Positions 6,036-11,942 of a stretch of DNA of 11,942 nucleotides are shown here, piece after piece. The position numbers and the translations under genes were made by a program. Every line of letters starts with the position of its first letter. Within the stretch, counting starts at the first letter, position 1. The stretch lies in contig JBDRBU010000086.1 in assembly GCA_043822305.1 (NCBI GenBank), forward strand, positions 1 to 11,942, written 5' to 3'. The notes under the pieces are model-generated. The model worked only from the letters and a program-made list of their open reading frames with translations, ran no database searches and was not told the origin of the DNA. This DNA is from Candidatus Firestoneibacteriota bacterium. Lineage in GTDB: Bacteria > Oederibacteriota > D2-FULL-39-29 > JBDRBU01.

Positions 6036-8483
6036 CTACTCTTCCTCCTTGAAGGCTAATCTGGCTAAGGCCGTAACTTTATCTTCTTTGTCTAATTTTA
6101 TCAATCTAACTCCCAGAGTTGAACGACCGGTCATTCTAACACCAGAAACTTTACTCCTTATAACCAACCCTGAGGATGTTATGACCATTACCTCATCATC
6201 TTCTTTTACTTCCTTAATTCCTACAACCAATCCATTTCTGTCACTGGCTTTTATATTAATTAAACCCTTACCACCTCTACTTTGAACCTTATATGCATCT
6301 AAATCTGTTCTTTTACCATAACCATTTTCAGTTACCGTAAGCAAACCTGCTTTTTCTTCTACTACTTCCATTCCCACAACATAATCTTCCTTCCCTAATC
6401 TTATACCCCTGACACCAATTCCCGATCTTCCTACTTCTCTGATCACATCTTCTTTAAACCTGATAGCCCGACCATTCCTTGTTGCCAGAATCATATCTTT
6501 TTTTCCATTAGTTATTTTAACTCCGATTAACTCATCTTTTTCTCTTATTTTTATTGCAATAATACCATTTGACCTTGGATTGCTATATTCAGAAAGTTTT
6601 GTCTTTTTAATAACCCCTTGTTTTGTTGTCATAATCAAATACATATCATCTTTAAACTCTTTAACAGAAATTGCCGCTGATATAGTTTCTTCTTTTTCTA
6701 TATTTATTAAATTTATTATAGGTTTTCCTTTACCATATCTACCTGCTTCTGGTATCTCATAAACTTTAAGCCAGAAAACATTTCCTTTATTTGTAAAAAA
6801 TAATAAATAATCTTTTGTAGTTGTAATAAATAAATCTTCAACAAAATCTTCTTCTTTTGTCTCCATACCAGTAATTCCCTTACCGCCTCTTTTTTGAGCC
6901 TTATATGAAGAAACAGGTAACCTCTTTACATAGCCAGTATGGGATAAAGCAACAACAACATCTTCTTCTTTAATCAAATCTTCTATTTTAATTTCTTCGG
7001 CTTTTTCTATTACTTCAGTCCTTCTGGCATCACCATACTTCTTCTTTACTTCCAACAATTCTTCCTTAATAATAGATAACACTTTTTTTGGGTCGGCTAA
7101 GATATCTTTTAGTTTAGAAATAAGTTTTGTTAGTTCTTTGTACTCTTCTTCTATTTTATTTCTTTCTAAGTTTGTTAACTGTTGCAATCTCATATCAAGT
7201 ATTGCTTGGGCTTGAATCGAAGAAAATTTAAAACTCTTTATCAATCCATTTCTAGCCGATTCAGTATCTTTTGAATTTCTAATTAATTTTACAATTTTAT
7301 TTAATTCTTTTAAGGCAATCTTTAAACCCTCAATTATATGAAGTCTTCTTTCTGCTTTATCAAATTCAAATTTTGTTCTTCTGACGATAACATTTCTCCT
7401 GTAATCAACATACTGAGCAAGAACACCTTTCAAATTAAGTACCTGAGGCTCTCGATCAACTAAAGCAAGCATTATTACGCCAAAAGTAGTTCGAAGCGAT
7501 GTATGTTTAAATAATTGATTTAAAACTATCTGAACATTTTCATCCCTTTTTATATCTATAACAATTCTTATCCCTTCTTTATTACTTTCATCTCTTATAT
7601 CAGAAATTCCTTCCATCTTTTTATCTCTAACAAGATTTGCAATATGCTCTACGAGTTGTGATTTATTTACCTGATATGGAATTTCATAAACTATAATTCT
7701 TTCTTTCCCGCCTTTTATATCTTCAACTTTTGTCCTTGCTTGCAAAGTTAAAGAACCTCTTCCTGTCCGATACGCATCTTTAATTCCGTCTTTCCCTAAA
7801 ATATATCCACCGGTTGGAAAGTCTGGTGCTTTTATGGCTGTCATTAATTTTTCTAAACTGATATCAGGATTTTCAATTAACATTATAAGTCCATCTATAA
7901 CTTCAGAAAGATTGTGCGGGGGAATATTTGTGGCCATGCCAACGGCTATACCAGAACATCCGTTTATTAGTAAATTAGGAAGTTTTGTTGGTAAAACCAC
8001 CGGTTCTTCTTTAGACTGGTCATAATTAGGAATAAAATCAACTGTATTTTTATCAATATCGGCTAAGATTTCTTCAGCCATGGCCGATAATCTTATCTCT
8101 GTATAACGCATGGCTGCTGGAGGATCGCCATCTATTGAACCAAAATTTCCTTGTCCATCTAAAAATGGGTATCTATAGACAAAATCCTGAGTCATCCTGA
8201 CCATAGACTCATAGACAGCAACATCACCATGTGGATGATAATTACCTAAAACTTCACCAATAACTTTTGCTGATTTTCGGTGCGGCTTATTATGATGCAA
8301 CCCCATATCATTCATGGCATAAAGGATTCTTCGCTGCACTGGTTTTAAACCATCCCTTACATCTGGAAGAGCTCTCCCCACAATAACACTCATGGCATAA
8401 TCGATATATGAAGATTTAACTTCCTCCTCAATATAAACCGGAACAATTTTTTCTTTTATCGGCTGTAATTCTTTTGTTTGCAA
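6036..8483 (-). CDS. gyrA: DNA gyrase subunit A, about 815 aa
   Basis: [34 protein letters not shown], catalytic AAMRYTE, GyrA-box QKRGGKG (gyrase rather than ParC), C-terminal pinwheel repeats. Start placed at TTG 8483 because GGAGG lies 5 nt upstream and the promoter falls inside the longer ORF. Confidence 0.96.
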   Translation of the reverse strand: MQTKELQPIKEKIVPVYIEEEVKSSYIDYAMSVIVGRALPDVRDGLKPVQRRILYAMNDMGLHHNKPHRKSAKVIGEVLGNYHPHGDVAVYESMVRMTQDFVYRYPFLDGQGNFGSIDGDPPAAMRYTEIRLSAMAEEILADIDKNTVDFIPNYDQSKEEPVVLPTKLPNLLINGCSGIAVGMATNIPPHNLSEVIDGLIMLIENPDISLEKLMTAIKAPDFPTGGYILGKDGIKDAYRTGRGSLTLQARTKVEDIKGGKERIIVYEIPYQVNKSQLVEHIANLVRDKKMEGISDIRDESNKEGIRIVIDIKRDENVQIVLNQLFKHTSLRTTFGVIMLALVDREPQVLNLKGVLAQYVDYRRNVIVRRTKFEFDKAERRLHIIEGLKIALKELNKIVKLIRNSKDTESARNGLIKSFKFSSIQAQAILDMRLQQLTNLERNKIEEEYKELTKLISKLKDILADPKKVLSIIKEELLEVKKKYGDARRTEVIEKAEEIKIEDLIKEEDVVVALSHTGYVKRLPVSSYKAQKRGGKGITGMETKEEDFVEDLFITTTKDYLLFFTNKGNVFWLKVYEIPEAGRYGKGKPIINLINIEKEETISAAISVKEFKDDMYLIMTTKQGVIKKTKLSEYSNPRSNGIIAIKIREKDELIGVKITNGKKDMILATRNGRAIRFKEDVIREVGRSGIGVRGIRLGKEDYVVGMEVVEEKAGLLTVTENGYGKRTDLDAYKVQSRGGKGLINIKASDRNGLVVGIKEVKEDDEVMVITSSGLVIRSKVSGVRMTGRSTLGVRLIKLDKEDKVTALARLAFKEEE

Positions 8484-8508
8484 CGCAACCTCCAAAGATA
8501 CTTCAATC

Positions 8509-8537
8509 ATTTTACCAAAAAACCTATTAAAAATCAA
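8509..8537 (-). promoter_or_regulatory. Candidate sigma70 promoter of gyrA with extended -10
   Basis: TTGATT (8537-8532), 17 bp, TAAAAT (8514-8509), with TG at 8517-8516 (TGnTAAAAT). Confidence 0.7.
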
Positions 8538-8543
8538 ATGAAT

Positions 8544-8604
8544 AAATGGGGTCAGAGTCAAGAATTTCTTTATTTCTATTTAAAAAATGACTCTGCCACC
8601 TTTT
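8544..8604. repeat. 17-bp imperfect inverted repeat around a 27-bp AT-rich spacer (MITE/REP-doublet-like)
   Basis: AAATGGGGTCAGAGTCA (8544-8560) versus the reverse complement of 8588-8604, AAAAGGTGGCAGAGTCA: 14/17 identical. Abuts the comM stop. Confidence 0.7.
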
Positions 8605-10131
8605 CTAAAAATACCTGTCTAAACTTCTGTATTGTATGGCTTCGGATATGTGCTGTATTTCTATTGTTTCGCTTTCTTCAATATCAGCAATAGTTCTGGC
8701 CACCTTTAAAATCTTATCATACGCTCTGCCACTTAATCCTAACTTGTCTATGGCCGTTTTTAATAAATTCATACTATCTTCTTTTAATTCGCAGAACTTT
8801 TTTATTAGTCTGGGATTCATATTAGCATTACAATAAATTTTTGCACCCTTAAATCTTTGCCTTTGAATCGCTCTGGCCTTATTTACTCTATTCTTTATCA
8901 CACTTGAACTATCACCATAAGTTTCATTTGACAAGTTCTGAAATTTTACTGATGGAACCTCTATATGAATATCGATTCTGTCTAAAAGAGGACCTGAAAT
9001 CTTTTTTAAATATTTTTGAATTTCACCCGTAGTACATTTGCATTCTTTTCTTGTGTCCTGAAAATATCCACAAGGACAAGGATTCATCGCACCCACAAGC
9101 ATAAATCTTGCTGGAAACATAACTGAGACTGAAGCACGGGATATATTTATAAATTCATCTTCAAGGGGCTGTCTTAGAACTTCTAAAACATTCTTATCAA
9201 ACTCAGATAATTCATCTAAAAATAAAACTCCATTATGGGCTAAACTAACTTCTCCTGGTTTTGGAATGCTACCACCTCCGATCAGGGCTACATCGGAAGC
9301 AGTATGATGTGGAGAACGGAATGGACGGTTTGAAATAATTGATTTACTTTTATATAATATCCCGGCGACACTATGAATTCTTGTTGTCTCTATAGATTCT
9401 TCCAGACTAATATCAGGTAAGATTGTAGGAAGTCTTCTGGCTAACATCGTCTTTCCAGAACCGGGTGAACCTATCATGATTATATTATGTCCTCCGGCGG
9501 CTGCAATCTCTAAGGCCCTTTTTGCATACTCTTGCCCTTTTACTTCATTAAAATCTATCTCATATTTTAATAAATTTTCAAATGTTTTATTTAAATCCAT
9601 CTTATGTTCTGGAATTTCCTTTTCTCCATTTAAAAATTCTACAACCTCTCTTAAATTTTTCGCTGGATAAACTTTTACACCATCTACAATTCCGGCTTCA
9701 TCTGCATTTTCCATTGGTAATATAATACCTTTTTTACTATTATCCTTTACGGCCATGGCTATTGAAATTACTCCTTTCACTGGCTTTAAATCACCATTTA
9801 ATGATAATTCTCCAATAAATATATAGTCCAGATAGTTTCCTTTGATTTGTTCAGATGAAGATAAAATCCCTATGGCCATGGGTAAATCAAATGCCACCCC
9901 TTCTTTTTTAATATTAGCCGGTGCTAAATTTACAGTCATCCGATCATATGGAAATTTAAACCCAGAATTCTTTATAGCCGATTTAACTCTAACTTTGCTT
10001 TCTTTAACCGCCATATTGGGAAGACCTACTATCATCGAAAGACTTGAAAGCCCAGGCGATAAATCAACTTCCACATCTACTATATATGCATCTACGCCTA
10101 TTGTTGCCGAACTAAGTATTTTTGATAGCAT
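8605..10131 (-). CDS. comM: YifB/ComM family Mg-chelatase-like AAA+ ATPase, about 508 aa
   Basis: IVGLP..AVKES..RV, VNLAPA, FDLPMA, GELSLNG, Walker A GSPGSGKT, PFRSPHH, PGEVSLAHNGVLFLDE, MNPCPCG...C.C, ISGPLLDRID, KVARTIAD. Start at ATG 10131 (GGAGG 8 nt upstream) preferred over 10152. Confidence 0.92.
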   Translation of the reverse strand: MLSKILSSATIGVDAYIVDVEVDLSPGLSSLSMIVGLPNMAVKESKVRVKSAIKNSGFKFPYDRMTVNLAPANIKKEGVAFDLPMAIGILSSSEQIKGNYLDYIFIGELSLNGDLKPVKGVISIAMAVKDNSKKGIILPMENADEAGIVDGVKVYPAKNLREVVEFLNGEKEIPEHKMDLNKTFENLLKYEIDFNEVKGQEYAKRALEIAAAGGHNIIMIGSPGSGKTMLARRLPTILPDISLEESIETTRIHSVAGILYKSKSIISNRPFRSPHHTASDVALIGGGSIPKPGEVSLAHNGVLFLDELSEFDKNVLEVLRQPLEDEFINISRASVSVMFPARFMLVGAMNPCPCGYFQDTRKECKCTTGEIQKYLKKISGPLLDRIDIHIEVPSVKFQNLSNETYGDSSSVIKNRVNKARAIQRQRFKGAKIYCNANMNPRLIKKFCELKEDSMNLLKTAIDKLGLSGRAYDKILKVARTIADIEESETIEIQHISEAIQYRSLDRYF

Positions 10132-10165
10132 ATTTACATCCTCCGAAAACATTATTAATGCACTG

Positions 10166-10188
10166 GTAGTCGCAGGCTTTAGCCTGCG
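10166..10188 (+). repeat. GTAG-type REP-like palindrome
   Basis: GTAG-T-CGCAGGCT-TT-AGCCTGCG: GTAG tetranucleotide followed by a perfect 8-bp GC-rich inverted repeat. Confidence 0.75.
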
Positions 10189-10196
10189 GTATATAC

Positions 10197-10210
10197 ATTA
10201 TAGTATTATA
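10197..10210 (-). promoter_or_regulatory. Two tandem TATAAT boxes upstream of comM (candidate promoter)
   Basis: Minus strand TATAAT-AC-TATAAT (10210-10205, 10202-10197). No convincing -35, and the background is AT-rich. Confidence 0.4.
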
Positions 10211-10249
10211 CAACAATTTGAGAAGAAATAAAACAGAAATGTGAAAATT

Positions 10250-10278
10250 TAATATTTCTGCCTATAAGCAGAATATTA
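10250..10278 (-). terminator. Hairpin downstream of acr3, possible intrinsic terminator
   Basis: TAATATTTCTGC (10250-10261)/GCAGAATATTA (10268-10278) with one bulge, 16 nt after the acr3 stop, followed by T-rich sequence on the minus strand. The stem is AT-rich. Confidence 0.4.
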
Positions 10279-10294
10279 GACAAATGGTAGGGAC

Positions 10295-11350
10295 TTAATA
10301 AAATACTTTATCCTCTGCAAAATATTTATCTTTAAATTTCAACGCAACATTTACAAGTCCTATCATCACTGGAACTTCTACCAAAGGTCCGATAACAGCA
10401 GCAAAAGCAGCCCCTGAGTTCATTCCAAAGACGGCAACAGCAACCGCAATGGCTAATTCAAAATTATTACTTGCAGCAGTAAAGGCAATAGTTGTTGTCT
10501 TTGAATAATCCGCTCCAATTTTTTTGCCCATCCAAAAACTAACAAGAAACATTACAGCAAAATAGATGAGAAGTGGAACAGCAATCCTTAAGACATCCAA
10601 AGGAATTGTTAAAATAAGTTTTCCTTTTAAGCTAAACATTACAACTATTGTAAAAAGAAGGGCAACAAGTGTTATCGGACTTATTTTTGGAATAAACTTT
10701 GTCTCATACCACTCTTTACTTTTTAAATTAATAAGAGAAAATCGGGTAATTATTCCAGCGATAAACGGAATGCCTAGATAAATAAAAACGCTCTTGGCAA
10801 TCTGCCAGATAGTGATTTGAACAATGCTTCCTTTAATACCGAAAAATGGAGGAAGCACAGCAATAAACACCCAGGCGTATACGCTGTAAAATAAAACCTG
10901 AAAAATAGAATTAAAAGCAACAAGTCCTGCTGCATATTCCCTGTTACCCTTAGCAAGTTCATTCCACACAATAACCATGGCAATACATCTTGCAAGGCCT
11001 ATCATTATAAGTCCCACCATATATTCCGGATAACCTCTCATGAAAATAATGGTAAGCATAAACATGAGAATTGGTCCAATCACCCAGTTCTGAATCAAAG
11101 ACAGTCCAAGAACTTTCCAGTTCTTAAAGACCTTCCCCATCTCTTCGTATTTTACTTTTGCCAGAGACGGGTACATCATAAGAATAAGACCAATGGCTAT
11201 GGGTATGTTCGTAGTTTCAACACTAAAACTATTAATAAAATCCTCAACTCCTGATACAAAATACCCGGTAAAAACTCCAACGGCCATTGCCAAAAATATC
11301 CAGACAGTTAGAAACCTATCTAAAAACGAAAGTTTTTTTACTTTTCCCAT
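10295..11350 (-). CDS. acr3: ACR3-family arsenite efflux transporter, 351 aa
   Basis: [46 protein letters not shown] (conserved Cys), [25 protein letters not shown] 7 nt upstream. Confidence 0.96.
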   Translation of the reverse strand: MGKVKKLSFLDRFLTVWIFLAMAVGVFTGYFVSGVEDFINSFSVETTNIPIAIGLILMMYPSLAKVKYEEMGKVFKNWKVLGLSLIQNWVIGPILMFMLTIIFMRGYPEYMVGLIMIGLARCIAMVIVWNELAKGNREYAAGLVAFNSIFQVLFYSVYAWVFIAVLPPFFGIKGSIVQITIWQIAKSVFIYLGIPFIAGIITRFSLINLKSKEWYETKFIPKISPITLVALLFTIVVMFSLKGKLILTIPLDVLRIAVPLLIYFAVMFLVSFWMGKKIGADYSKTTTIAFTAASNNFELAIAVAVAVFGMNSGAAFAAVIGPLVEVPVMIGLVNVALKFKDKYFAEDKVFY

Positions 11351-11418
11351 ACTTCATCTCCTTATCTTTTAAGCAATGTTATGCGTACTTTAAACGGATA
11401 GGCCATTAAATAAATGGA

Positions 11419-11446
11419 GTCGGGGTCGTCCCTGACCCCGACATAC
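11419..11446 (-). repeat. GC-rich palindrome, GTAG/GTAT-REP-like
   Basis: Minus strand GTAT-GTCGGGGTC-AGGGAC-GACCCCGAC; perfect 9-bp arms at 11419-11427 and 11434-11442; no U-tract. Confidence 0.65.
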
Positions 11447-11464
11447 AGGCAGCAACAGAGTAAA

Positions 11465-11802
11465 TTAATTTGCTTTTGCTTTGGCCGATTTTTTCTGTGT
11501 TATATTATCAAATATTTCATACACTATTGGAATAATAAAAAGAGTTAAAAATGTTGAGGCAAATAATCCACCAATAACAGTAATGCCCATTGGAATTTCC
11601 ATATCCATACCTTCATGCCAGCCAATGGCAATAGGAAGTAAAGCAACAACTGTGGCCATGGCTGTAATCAAAATAGGGCGGAGTCTTGTTTCAGCCGCAT
11701 CAATAATTGCCTTTCTCCTGTCTTCTTCAACTTCTCTTCGTTTAATAATAAAGTCAATCAAAACAATAGCATTGGTGGCCACAATACCCACAAGCATGAT
11801 AA
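11465..11802 (-). pseudogene. C-terminal fragment (last three TM helices) of an AcrB/AcrD/AcrF-family RND permease, cut off by an IS end
   Basis: IMLVGIVATNAIVLIDF, TRLRPILIT, PMGITVIGGLFASTFLTLFIIPIVY match the end of ~1000-aa RND pumps. Similarity stops at about 11802, the frame closes at TAA 11899-11897, and ATG 11797 has no SD. Confidence 0.85.
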
Positions 11803-11942
11803 ATGAATTACCCCGACGCAGAGCGTCGAGGTATCCAAAATCTAAAACAATTTCATTTGATCTCTGTATATCTTTTTGTAATCCAACCCCGGCCCTTTAA
11901 CATAATTTCTTATTACTTCTTCGTTCCCAGATGCTCCAACTG
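11803..11942 (-). mobile_element. Right end of an IS200/IS605-family insertion sequence (continues beyond the window)
   Basis: tnpA 3' end followed by a subterminal hairpin TACCTCGACGC-TCT-GCGTCGGGGTA (11833-11809) and terminal TCAT (11806-11803), abutting the broken RND gene. Confidence 0.85.
11842..11942 (-). CDS. tnpA: IS200/IS605-family Y1 (HUH) transposase TnpA, C-terminal 32 aa (partial)
   Basis: Manual translation VGASGNEEVIRNYVKGPGLDYKKIYRDQMKLF* (stop 11844-11842) resembles the TVG..neevI..YV..Q catalytic-Tyr helix of IS200 TnpA. The HUH motif lies outside the window. Confidence 0.8.
   Translation of the reverse strand, partial: VGASGNEEVIRNYVKGPGLDYKKIYRDQMKLF

Noticed and set aside
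8484..8561. 26-aa N-terminal extension of GyrA in the ORF track
   Set aside because: It runs through the inverted repeat and predicted promoter and has no SD; TTG 8483 has GGAGG at 5 nt.
10285..10294. TGGTAGGGAC next to the acr3 stop as another truncated GTAG-REP
   Set aside because: No palindrome follows; too short to distinguish from chance.
1263..11900. All plus-strand ORFs in the track (e.g. 1263-1784, 2969-3481, 4941-5375, 9842-10231, 11481-11900) and the minus-strand ORF 10774-10995
   Set aside because: They lie antisense to, or out of frame within, well-supported genes, have shadow-like composition and show no recognisable motifs.
11803..11942. Plus-strand open frame MNYPDAERRGIQ..., or the hairpin as an IscB/TnpB guide RNA, IStron or CRISPR repeat
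   Set aside because: The frame is the antisense of the IS end and tnpA. No tnpB/iscB, intron core or repeat-spacer array is visible in the window.

Overview
AT-rich bacterial chromosomal segment with every credible gene on the minus strand. In transcription order (right to left): the 3' end of an IS200/IS605-family Y1 transposase gene and its right-end hairpin (absent from the ORF track), abutting the orphaned 3' end of an AcrB-family RND permease gene; acr3 arsenite exporter; comM/yifB AAA+ ATPase; gyrA (no adjacent gyrB); an exported TPR protein; rsmI; an M50B-like HExxH membrane protease; an atypical Fpg/Nei glycosylase; pdxA; nrdR; pilB; and probably the start of one more gene at the left edge. 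Most of this is housekeeping, and I cannot support a wholly new multi-gene system. The notable signals are: (i) the IS200-type end, whose exact junction can be inferred from guide/cleavage-site pairing, with a TnpA that has a beta-clamp-like tail and Pro at the conserved Gln; (ii) an Fpg/Nei protein with a NEIL2-like CHCC zinc finger and non-canonical intercalating residues; (iii) Val at the GyrA Ser83-equivalent position; (iv) a PilB MshEN domain with both RLG glycines replaced; (v) a probably leaderless nrdR promoter under a perfect palindrome; (vi) REP-like palindromes of several types in almost every intergenic gap. All calls come from reading motifs by eye; no searches were run.
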